Shown piece by piece: positions 35,913-47,884 of a DNA stretch of 64,000 bases. The DNA is taken from positions 1,612,001 through 1,676,000 of the forward strand of contig JAMWBK010000003.1 of NCBI GenBank assembly GCA_029953675.1, given 5' to 3'. A model generated the notes under the pieces. It worked only from the letters and a program-made list of their open reading frames with translations. It was not told where the DNA came from and made no database searches. Position 1 is the stretch's first letter; each line of letters starts with the position of its first letter. This DNA comes from Rhodosorus marinus CCMP1338 (lineage: Eukaryota; Plantae; Rhodophyta). Position numbers and translations under genes: made by a program.

Positions 35913-38900
35913 TTGAGATGTTCTGGTAGTAGGAAGTTTCTCTGTGGACTCTACGTGCTGTCACTATCCAGTACCTTTTTTTTTTTTTATTACACTGATG
36001 TACTCTTCGGCGAAGACAACTTCGTGGGTAGTCGAGGGTCGATCCCTGCTCCGTCGTGTCAAATAGAGACGTTCGGCATATCTCAAATGAACCACTAGCG
36101 AAAACACTTTATCAACAATTTCGAGACTCTACAAGCAAGAAGACGTCCTGAAAGAAGATTACCACGATGGAGATACCGCTCTTTCCATTGTGCTCTGTGG
36201 AGGAGAAAAACTTGCAGTTTCTCTTTCCGACAGTACCCAGCACTCGTCTAAACCTCGGGAGTGACGGGCAGATCAAATCGAATTATGAAGATCCCTATAT
36301 CAACATCAAACCTTTGTGAGGCTCTAGAACTTTGCATTGTCCTGACCCAGCTGTAGAAAGATTACATTATCTGATCAATGCGCTGAACTCACGAAGATCA
36401 TTTTCTTACTTTGAATCAGAATCATACACGTTGGCGTGTTGAGCTGGGTAGACGCAGCCGATAGATTCGTGCTATCTATCGATGGTGCAAGATGCCTCTC
36501 CGGAACTGGAGACGCTCTAGAACTAGATGTCGTCCTGAACCCCTCTAGAAGTGCCCTTTACCGAATCGAAACTGATCTACAGCTGAGCGGAGCGACTTTC
36601 AGACAAGCCTACAGCTTGAGGTTAAATTCTCCATTGATGGATGCAAAGACAGAGGAACTAAGTAGGCATTGAAGAAGAGCCTTCTGGCTTTGAACTTCAC
36701 AATGCAATGGGCACTTATTCTCGTGATTGTTAGCAAGTTCTTGTTGAGTTTTGCTCAAGTAGGTGAAGGCGTATGCAGTAGTATTGCAGGAGAGTCGTGT
36801 ACCATCGATCAACAGCAGGATGTTGTTGTAACGATCTACAGCTATGACAGGCCGCGACATTTACTGCTCCTGCTGGAAGATATCACGCGGGAGGCTGATC
36901 GAGCTGAACTGAAGGTTCATGTGAATGTTATCGATGACAACTCTATCGACTGCGTCTACCCAGCTCAACACGACAACGTGTATGATTCTGATTCAAAGTA
37001 TGAGAATGATCTTCGTGAGTTCAGCATTGATCAGGTAATGTAATCTTTCTACAGCTGGGTCAGGACGATGCAAAGTTCTAGAGCCTCACAAAGGTTTGAT
37101 GTTGATATAGGGATCTTCACAATTCGATTTGATCTGCCCGTCACTCCCGAGGTTTAGACGAGTTCTGGAGATCCTTGGAAGGAGGAATTGGAAGTTTTTC
37201 TCCTCCAGAGAGCGCCATGGAAAGAAGAGGTACTGGCACCAGGTCGCTCAGGTACACGGGGCACATTTCGAGATCAGATCAAAACGCAGAAGCTCAGAGA
37301 CCAGAATGTTTCATTCACCGTTAGGCTCACCGGTTGCTTAAAGGAATCCAGACACGCTTCTTCGTCTTTCTTCCTGATGATGATCGACTCTGTGAGGATT
37401 TCTTCAGGAAGGCAATCTCGGTAGGTTCCCATACGATAACTAGCGATCAATGGCCACGCAGAGCTCGCTCTCAACAATGACCTACCCTCGATCTCAGGCC
37501 TGGGAACAGATAACAGACATGAACAAAGCCTCGCTGATGCTCCATGTCGAGGAAAAACGAGCCAAGGAAGCTGTTTGGACTCCACTGAAGCCAGTCCGAG
37601 AAGGTCATGTTTACCGCATCGGTTGGGTAGAAAGTGGAAATTTCCTATGTACCTCCAAGCTTCTAGAATTGATGAACTATAGCTTTCCCAGGATTCCATC
37701 AAACAGGTAAGGAGTGGTTCTGACAAACCGGAGTGTATGGCGATTGGTTTCCTCTTAACGTCTTATGCCTCCTTGCTATTCCTTTTGCTGAAATAGATGG
37801 GATCAGCGCCCGACTCTATCGTCTGGTGTTGGATCTCAGCTGTCTGAGACTCTGTACAAGGCCAAGCTTGGTATGTTTCTCACTATCAACTCTCTCGTCG
37901 CCCATGTGGGGAACGAGGAGTCCAAAATGAACTCCGATCTGCGAGCTTCAGAACAGCTGAATACATACATGTTCGAGGATGGAGAGGACGCTTTGGAGAA
38001 GCTCTTGAAAGAGCCTCCAAGTGTTGTGGCGACGCTCGCAACGAAATGGTGAGAGCTTCGCATCTCGCGTGGCAGGAACTCGTCGCTGATGATGGCTTCT
38101 GCTCACTGGCTCACATGATTTTGGATGTCTTTTTCGTGTTCGCAGGGGTAGACTTAGATCTTTGCAGTCCGTTGTTCATTCACTAGCTTGCCAGGTGGAC
38201 AGAATACATGTTTACTTGAACGACTACGAGTTCGTGCCCGCGTTCCTCAGAGGGCTCTCCTGGGTGCATGTTTATCGAAGTCAGGTACGAACTCGGTTGG
38301 AGAGGTGGGACGGAGTGCTTTGCCCACTGCTACTGACGCTGGTCCTCGAAACACGCCCGTATCCTCAGGATGAGTTGGGAGATCTTGGAGATACCGGAAA
38401 GTTTTTCAAAGCTGGCAAGTTTCATTCTCAGTACGTTGTTACGGCGGATGACGATCTTGTATATCCGCCTGACTACGTTGACAAGCTAGTTGAGTTTATA
38501 CGACGATTTCAACCGCCAATTATTGTTGGACTACATGGCATTATCCTTCGTGAGGAGCTTCTGAAACCCCAAACCGGTATATCAAGAGGATACTACGCTT
38601 CTCGGAAGGTGATGATGGGGACGGGGGTAAGGGACCTGGGCTTCAGTGCTTGGTAGCTTTACAAAACGCGTGCACGTGACAAGCGATATTGACAAGCTTG
38701 TTCTGTTTAAAGACTGTGGAACAGGCAATAGACGTTCAAATTCTAGGAACTGGGCTTACAATGTACCGTGGAGAAGACCTACCTTACCTCTCAGTGAGGT
38801 CCTTCAAACTGAAGAACATGGCCGATGTTTGGTTCGGAATTGAAGCAAAGCGTAACAATGTTCCGATGGTTGTAATGCCGCATGAGCAGGGATGGGTTTT

Positions 38901-39060
38901 TGAGGTAGCAGGGACAACTGAGGACTCCCTCTATGTATCATACACGAAGCGGCGTCTTGCGGACAAGGCACTAACTGAAGTCGTGCTCAAGGAGCTCCCA
39001 TGGGCAGTTCTTCCCTCAACACTATTGAATACTTCCACCCCAACACCGTCATCCACGTGA
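35913..39060 (+). CDS. Probable membrane-anchored glycosyltransferase with two tandem GT-A (GT2-like) domains, multi-exon; 5' end uncertain
   Basis: Domain 1: VVVTIYSYDRP..VNVIDDNS..HGKKRYW..FFVFLPDDDRLCEDFF..SSGVGSQLS..SLVAHVGNEESKMN. Domain 2: VVATLAT..QVDRIHVYLNDY..GDLGDTGKF..VTADDDLVYPPDYV..VGLHG..LGTG..NMADVWF. Upstream exons (36166-36315, 36422-36661) splice in frame. The hydrophobic segment FLCGLYVLSLSSTFFFFYY lacks an in-frame ATG. Confidence 0.75.
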
Positions 39061-39636
39061 CTTTTTGAAGGACTGGGTGGGGTTGTTGTACACTATTGGA
39101 ACTCGGTGTAACTATAGCTTCCTATGAGGAACGCTGCTCAGGCATTGCATAAAAGTTGACCTTTATTGACCGTTATGTTGCCGGGCTTGGCCGCACCGCA
39201 TCAACTGCCTTCTACGCGCTGACCGCACACGCCCCACACTAAGAACAATTCCGGCACGGGACAATCTTTCATGAAGTGACTGTTCTCGATACCAGCCGGA
39301 CCGCGTGGGAAGCTCGTTTTACTAAGTCCGCTAGGCACTCTCTTCAAAGAATCCCAGGTTGCTCAAAAGGTTGCTGTCAAAACTTAGCTTTCAGTTAAAA
39401 GAGAAGTGTTTACTCAGAATTAGAATTCGATGCATGCATCCTGTCCTTACGACGAGTGTGTATCTACACATAGGATGGTCCGGCATGCATCCTTGGCATT
39501 GGCGATGGGAAGATTGGAGACTGGTTTGATCAACTCGAAATATAGCGAGTTTTTTCTGGCAACAGTCTTTGTCACTTGAACACGAGCAAAGCCAGAAGCG
39601 AGGTCAAAAATACAGCGAGTCAATCCAGTTATGAAG

Positions 39637-42600
39637 CTACCGCGGTTGCTCTTGTTGCGCAGCATAGTTTTGGTGATCCCGGTGTGCTTCGTCCACAGTG
39701 CGAATGAAGGTTTGAAGAGACCTCAATTGTTCCTGATCTAGCCGCTCCATCACGCTGCGCATATTGACTTCTGTCATTTCCCGGAACGACTGAACAAAGT
39801 ACAGCACCTCATCCACATCGTCAAGAGGAGAATCAAAATCTCCTTCATCTTCGGTTTCGAAGAAATCGTCCGAGTCGTCGTAGTCATGTCTGTAGCCGGA
39901 AGTTAACTCATCCTCTGCATCCTCATTGTCCTGAAATTCCACATTCTTTGATGCCTCCGACTCCCTAAGGAGCTCCAAAGCATTTCTTCTATGCTCTTGC
40001 TCCCGCTCGTTTCTCTGCTGAGCAATTAACTGCAGCAATTTCAAAATTGAAGTGATTACCTCGATAAAGCCGGCCTGCACTTCGGCCGGCAGCGTCTCCC
40101 CCGGGAGAGTCAGAATAGACGACAATCCAACCACGCTAGTCTTCTTGTCGTGAATCCTGGGAAACATGCTCAGGTTTCCAATCCAAGTGACAAACACTTG
40201 CTGCACGCACCCCAACTCAGAAAGCACTCGCAGCGTAAGCGCGGGGTTATAGTAAAGCGCACAGCCAACGTTTGAAAACAGTCTGATTCTCAACTGGTTC
40301 GTTTTCGCCACTGTCAACCGCCGGATAATCATCTGAATGAGTTCTGTCACTACTCCATCTATTCTTCCCTTGCAGTTCAGCATTAGAATTTCCGCCAGCC
40401 TCGTACCCTGCTTAGGGAGCGGAAGGAAAATCAGCCTCGGTAACATGAGCGATAAGCTAACCAAAAAAGGGATCTTACCATATCCGCATCCGAGTCATCG
40501 AGCTGCTCTCCCCATAACCGGGCAACCATCTGCACGACCTTGTCCACGTAGCCCACATCTCCAATCCTTCCTGCCAGAAAACTCTCTGTTCCCATGGAAA
40601 TGTAGTTCTCAATAGGAGCCATTAGATGATCTGCAAAGTCGATGGCCCAAGTCTCGAACGCTTCGAAAATCTTTGGATAAATAGTCCAGAGATAAGGAGA
40701 AATTTCACTTTGCTCCGCAGATGCGTGAATGAACGTCGAAAGCACATCCAACGACTCCTCAAAAAATTCCATATTGTCTACATCAAACATGACGTTGAAC
40801 ACTTGCCCCAAAGACGGCTCAATGGAATGGAAAATTCGCGCATTTGAGGGATGCTGCGATAAAGACTGGAGAACCGTGTCAATTGCTTGCAAGCAATGAA
40901 CCGCAGCAAGGTTGGATTCTTCATCCTCATCGCCTGCACTTGCTGCTCGCAGGTACGTAGCGGCTAACTTCATGCACAATGCATTGGCCAAGGGGGGAAT
41001 CTGGTTCTGAAACCTTTGCACCAACTCCTCAATCGTAGCAATTATGTAAGTGTTGTCAATCTGGATTCACCCATACCGAGAAAATCGAGTTAGCAATCTC
41101 AGACGCTTGGGGGGCACTACTTGAAGCCCTCACCTCATCAATCAACCGGAAGAGGTGGTCAAACAGATTCTTCAACTCCGGAGCGATCAAACGTTTCGCG
41201 GTATTGTTTCGGAGAAAGAATCGAATGTCCACAGCAGCTTGAACGCGCACTGGGAAATCGGAGTCGCTCAAACAACCCAAGATTCCCTGTAGTGAGGGAG
41301 TTATCATGTTATTCATTATATCAGAGTCTGTAGATACCAGTTGACCGAACAGCCAACAAGTTCGCGCTCGTAAGAAGGGATATTTGCTCTTGAACTCTGG
41401 CTGAACATGGTGAACCAGTATTACGCCCAGATTCTCTCGAAGGTCGGATTTAAGTAGCAGCTTCTCTTTGACATGACCGATCGCTAGCAGGGCCCCGTCC
41501 TTTCGCCTCGCTTCGGCGTCCTTTTGAGGGCTGCCATCTGCTGCGGAAGCATATGCGTTCAATATGGTCGCCAAGTGCCTTAAGAAGGGAATCACTGTTC
41601 TCTCCGCTCGCAATCTCCCCAGCGAATACACGATGTTGCAGGCCGCTGCACGCGGAGAGTAGAAGTCCTCGAGGACGTCGTACGTCTTTCTTACGTACTC
41701 GAGAGGATCGCTATCCCACAATTCCAGATCCGAATCATTTACACACATGTACGGGAACACGATCTAGAAACGGCCATAGTCACAAATAAAGTTTTCAGAA
41801 TAATGGACAACGAGACCGTTTTTAGATCTACCAAGAAATCTGGTGGCCAACAGCGCGGTCAGGTGATCTAAACGATATTAGACTTGGTAGGGCCTTTGCA
41901 GATTCACCGATCTGACATATATCTGAATATGTTAGACTTCGAACTGGAACGGCATACCTCAGTCAGAAATACGTCAATCCTTTCACGAATCACGGCATAC
42001 GTAATAGCGGGGAAGATCGCCTGCTCTATGTAATTCAGAGCCAAATTTGCGACACGGGGCGATACAGTTATTCCGCGTTGGCTTGGCCAAGACAGAACCT
42101 CCAGCATGGCGCTTGTGACCGGACCAGCATAGTTGTTGAGAAAGTTATCCGCGAAAGCTTTCAAGTGGGGACGAACTCTCTGCGGATCGCCATACAGATG
42201 AAAGTATTTGTGCATAATGTGACCCAGCCACTTCTTCACTTTCCACGCGGGATTTCGGCTGAGCTCCTCTGGGTCGGTAATACCTTGAGTGGCCTCCGCG
42301 GTTATCGGTCTCCGCAGAGCTGTTACCAGAGCATGCATCCAATCCCGAAACGCGTCATTTGAATTCAAGATATACGGCGGGAGGGCAAATTCCGTAGATG
42401 ACCAGAATATCTTAAATATGTAGCGCTGCAGTTCAAGTGCGAAGTCGTCCATCCCTCTAGTTTCAACGAGTTTCTGTTCCAAGGCGTTGTTCAACTCGAG
42501 GATCTTGGGAAAGACTTGTTCAACCACATGGTTCAACGCCGCCCGAGGGTTCACCTCTCCCTCTTTCTCCATTTTAAACTCGTATACCTTTGTTACGACT

Positions 42601-43055
42601 CTTAGGGCGATCAAGGCCGCCCTTAATCGCCTATCGTCACCGGACTGCAGATTGTTCATAATCGTCTGTAGCAAGCCAGGCCACTTCTCCGGGAAGTCTA
42701 CGATCACCACAGCCTTGATGGTCTCTGCGATTTGTGGTCGCACTGTAGGATCAGCATAAACCAGCGCCTCCATAAGATTATCTCGAATCAGCACTTTTTC
42801 CGCATCATGCAGCTTCCCTTTCTGATCCCAAGACCGTCGAATCATGTTTTTCATGTAGATCGATGCAGATAATCTGATCTCCATGTGAAGACCCTCGACA
42901 ACTGCACTGATCTGAAATAGGCTGGATAAATAGCCTGCTTGCGACTCCATGAGCTCCAGCTGTTTCGCAGAATGGTTTCGGACATCCGCATCATTGTTCA
43001 GAGTGCCTTGCAGCAAACCCGCCACCTCGCGAGAGGTATCCAGCGACTGGTCCAT
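39637..43055 (-). CDS. IPO7: Importin-7/8 (SAD2/Nmd5-like) karyopherin-beta, multi-exon
   Basis: IBN_N domain (IRLSASIYMKN), FPEKWPGLL, WKVKKWLGHI, DLELWDSDPLEYVRK, RRKDGALLAIG, FLRARTCW and an acidic C-terminal loop. Confidence 0.92.
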
Positions 43056-44611
43056 GATCTGACCAAATCGGGCAGATTAGCCCGCCACGGTTGTACTCGA
43101 ACAAAAAACTAAAAAAAAACCGCAGGGCACAGAACTGATCCACCCGGTTCTTCCGTAAAGAAACCGTGCGAGGTCACGCAGCCTCAAACAACCTAGACCG
43201 CGCCACCCCCGCCCGTCCCGCGAGAAAGAAATTCAAAGTCCAATCACCAAGCAACGTCTGAGAATCTTCCTCCCCTCAAAACATAAGCTCCCCGACCACG
43301 GCTCTCCAATCCCACCCTACATGAACCGTGATCGCGATCGCAAACATCCGTTCAACGATCCAGCCATCCTGACAAAAAAATACCTCATTCCCAACCCTCC
43401 GCCGGAGCCGCCAACAAACCCTAATATCTCACCCCCCAAAACCTCCTCCCCAAAACCAAACAGAGATCTTCACAATCACTTCAATTATCACCTGATCCTA
43501 TTGCATAAAAAAAAAAAAAAGGCCTCGCATTACACTCACCAAATTTCCCCTCCTTCCCTAACGCGCCTCTACCCCCCCAACCCTTTCCATCCTCAATACA
43601 AAGCAATCCGTCACAACTACCCTTCCCCCACCCCCTTAAAATAACCAAAAAATCACTTGCTCATTGGTTCCAACTGCCCACCCTGAAGCTTGTGATCTGA
43701 TAGAATCATATTGGGATTATTTAGTCGGTCTCAAGAAGTGGGGCCAAAAAAGCAAAAATCGCCACTAGTACCCAAATTTTCCAGTCAATCAACCTGTTCG
43801 GATGTTCAATCAATATTATTAACGATGTAGGGTATTGGAAAGTTAGGTGTTCAAGTTTTTAAATTGTGAGTTTTAGAGGAGTATATGGTATTTATGTTAC
43901 GTTTAAATCGATCGGGAGATTTTTTTTTTTTTGGCAGCGGGTTTGATTTCAGGGTGAGTTGAGGTTGGAGAGGATGAAGTTTGGTCGGAGGGTTTGTGGG
44001 GGAGTTGAGGAAGGTGTGGAGGGCAATTGCTGATGGGTTGGGATCGATAGGAGTATCTAGTGGATAGGATGCGAGTTTAACTGTACGGTATTGGAGCCAC
44101 CCGTATGGGATCGGTTTACGGTGTTTTCTTTTTTTTGTCCGGTCTGGTGCTTTTATATCCCGGGTTTGTTCGTTGTAATGGACGCACTGGTTTTTCGTTT
44201 CCGTCAGCAAACGGTCTTAGCCTGGTGCGTCTCACGTCTTGCAATTATCAGTATGACGCTCAGTTATTCTTAGGCAGTACATGGGTTCATATTTCGCCGA
44301 AGAACTATCCGGCGATGCCCTTTTGCTGCTCGAAGAACTTATGCGAAATAGGCTGATAGGTCCTACGCCTCTCATATGCGAGTCCAATTCTGGCCCACAT
44401 CTAGAGGTACATTTGATTTTTCTCCGCTGTGAGCTGACAAGCCGCAGTTCATGCAGCTCCATAGAGAAAATCCGCCACAGCTGATTCGCGTGTGTCGCGA
44501 GAGGTTTTGCCGGTAGCTAGGTTATGCAAACGTTTATCGAAGAAAAAAAAAGTCAATTTGACGAAGGTTGACTCAAGAACGGGATCCAAGACCTTTCGCT
44601 AGCGTTTGGCG

Positions 44612-45526
44612 TCACGGGCCTTTCGCACGGAGGGCGAACATTTTTACTGGGAAGAGGTGCTCTGGGAAGTCTCCCTGCAGCTTGGAAGTGATTACTTCAA
44701 CCCCAGCCTCGGCAAACAGCTCCATCAAGTATTGTTCAGATCTGGTAACACTGCTGTCTTCCTTGTCCACAACAAACCCTGTATTGCACACGTTGTCCTT
44801 CAGGATCACGAATCCCCCAGGTTTGACTGCAGCAGTGCAGCTCTTGAAGAACCGAACCAGATCTGCATCAGTTAAATATATTATACACCATTGTATCCAG
44901 ATAAGCGAATAGCGTCCTGTTTCCGGACTAAAGTCTTCCATCCCAGCGCATATTCGGCGCTCGAGACGAGGGTCGCCAATATATTCTTTCGACTCCTCAA
45001 GGTAAGCCTGGTTGGATTCAAGAATGTCCACTCTACTAAACAGAGGCAGGAGCAAGTGCTTGGACACCCTCCCAATACCACCGCCAACATCTGAGAACCA
45101 TCAGTGCGTGACGGAGGGTGAGCGAATTCAAGCTCGAACAGCTTTGACGTGCATGTCATAGGATCACGTACCGAGAGCGATCCCGTCAAATTCTACTTTC
45201 TCCAGACTACGAATGAATCCGGTAGAAGTTCGAACGTCCAGGTCACTGAGCTTACCAAGGCCGCCAAGCATGCCATCGACGGTCGGCTCCACATTCGTCC
45301 AATACTCCTTCGCTTTCTGATACCATCCGAGCTCCCCTCGCCGCTCAACATCAGCTGAATCACCGACCTCCGCGGACCACATGGCCTGTTGGTCCGAGTA
45401 TCGCTTCCCATTGGTGTCTAAACCTCGCTGTGAGCATCACCAAAGACGCGATTAGTCCCATGTTCAAGACAGCTAGAAGAGTATTCAGTCCGAACTTACA
45501 AACCGAGAACGTTTCTTTATGCTCAT
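44612..45526 (-). CDS. NTM1: Alpha-N-terminal protein methyltransferase (NTM1/NTMT1/Tae1), 3 exons, 253 aa
   Basis: Exons 45526-45500 (MSIKKRSRF), 45427-45172 and 45090-44612 join in frame (762 nt). GLDTNGKRY..MW, YWTNVEPTVDGMLGG, ALD/VGGGIGRVSK, IWIQWCIIYLTD, KDNV and DKEDSSVTRS. Confidence 0.93.
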
Positions 45527-47884
45527 AGCGTAGACGGACTCCGTCCCATCCCCCGCTTTCTTTTTCGAGGCCACCATTGAAGATAGATCTTAATGCTACA
45601 AGCATTTTGAGCTTCCCCGTGCCCCGCAGTGGCTCCTCGGGTCAAGGCGCTACTAGTATGCACTCTGCAATCGCTTCAACTGAATTTCTTACATTGAGCA
45701 AATTCAAGCAACACGTTTAGGCGGGAACCCGAAACCGGCTTAATGGTTGTGTAACTGGCCAGGAAGACAGGAGATTCATCGGAGGGGGTCTGTTATTTGT
45801 GAGATTCTTCATAGGAAGTCTGTTATTTGCGAGGCGGTTAATAGATCTAACGTCAAAGCGGCTAGTGTAAATCAATCCTGATGTGATGCCCTGTTCATGA
45901 AAGCTGCCATATAACGAATTTGTTCGAAGAGAGCAAAGGAGGAAGTTGTGGAACGCGAAAAGTAGCTCAGAACCAGTCTCCCTCTCAAGGCCCGGGTTGC
46001 CTCTAGCTTTTAAATATCGCGGGACAAGTATTCGTCAGCTCTCCGACGATCAAGCCTCGGTATGCGGACAGACTTGCACTAGCTGACTCCATTTGATTGA
46101 AGACCTAGGCGTTTCAAAACGCGTGAATTGCGCTTGCAGAGGGGGTTGATTACTCACAGTCCGTCTGCTACATCTCAAGACTCTTTGCTATTAATGAGAC
46201 TGAAATCGCTTGCGGACACCTCTCAGGCATACAGGAATCACCTCGACCTGCGCACTGAAGTCACGCACATGCTGCAATATGGGCACAAACACGTCAAGTC
46301 TACACTGGTGCTAAAGCCATGTTCTGGTTCAGAGGTAAACGTAACGCAGCCAATCGATCAACCTCTGGAAAGTTGTTCACTGATCGCGGGAAAAAGAAAG
46401 GCATCTGGAGGACCCAGTTCACGATCACTTCCATAAGCTCGGAAATCCAGACTTCCCACTCTCCCACTTCCCCATTTAGTCGGAGCGATGCAATATGGCA
46501 TTCTCTTCTAAACCGAGGTCAATCATCCGGAAAACACGTTCGCTCTAAGTCACAACTCTCACACGCCAAACGATTTTCGTCACCCGAACCCACTTCGCCT
46601 TCAGACTCTATTACCTTGTCAAAGACGACACAACCCAAACCAAAACCAATCACTACAGGGAGGACATTATTCAATCTCCATGAGGACCCTTCAGCCAATT
46701 ATAAACAAAAGGCTGATTATTTTATCCAAAACAGTTCAGATCAATCAACTTTTGGTCCTTGTCGTCGTTTTTTTCCTTCAATCGAATTTTTAATGGAAAA
46801 TAGCAACAGGGGAGTGGTCACGAACGCGTGCATCGATGGGGCAAATGATATTCCCACCCCCCCGGGTTGTGATCGAGGACTTTCTCATTCGTTTAATTGT
46901 AAAACAAAAGAATTAACATGCCGGATATCGGAATTTGCGGTCGGTGAAATTTCTCCTATATCCCTTCCCCCCCCCTTCGCTCCATTGCCGAGAACTCGTT
47001 CTACTCGTTCTACTCGACTCTTTTTAATACGAATTCTGTTCAGCGCTCCACAAAATGCTTCACAAGAATCATTGGGGGTTGGGAGGGCACGGAGGACGTT
47101 TTGTGGGTCCGGAGGCTTATCTGATGAGTTGGTGGCCAGGGGGTGGGGAAAGCTGCCAACGAATAGTCAGAAGACGCCGCAATGCAATTGACCAACAAAT
47201 TTCGACTATTCATAAATACGGTACCCGTGGGAGCTTATGATTGGATATAAGAGACCGGATTCGGAAAACAATTGGTTATAATATATTAAATAAACGTACT
47301 ATTAACCAATGCATGAATTTCAAAAAAGAAAAACACATCTTTTAATCATTTCTGCATGTTATTACCTGGTTGGGGTATCCAACCGAAGTTTGCCCCGGGG
47401 CTCGACGCCAACCGCTGGTAAAACAACAAGAAAATCTACCACCTCCTCTCAAAAAGTTCGCGAAACCCGAACCCGGTTGTTTTAATTTTTTTATTTACAA
47501 TTTCCTTCCACGGATAACGATTGGGGGAAAAAATGCTAGCGAATATTTTTAATCGGAAAATGGTTTTTTGGTTGTATGGAGGAATATAAAATTTTGGTAA
47601 AAAACGTTTTATATTGGCTTGCAAGCTTTTTGGCCTGGTAAGGACCAAAATTTTTTTGGTTGGGGGGTTGGGGGATTTTTTTAACGGTATTTGTTGTTGT
47701 TTGGATGAGGAAAGGAGGAAAGAAAGGGGGATGGGAATTGGGTCGTTGGAGACGTGACCGTCGGTGGGAGTGAGGGGGAGGGACGTTGGGGAGTTGGATA
47801 GACGTAGTGTTTGGGGTGGGTGGGGTGGGGGGAGGGGTTGAGGATAGAGCTTCGGAGTTTAGAATCTGAAGTTTTGAGGATAGG

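Noticed and set aside
45360-45605. 81-aa ORF upstream of NTM1 as a separate gene or uORF
   Set aside because: Explained by NTM1 exon 1, intron 1 and exon 2 read in another frame.
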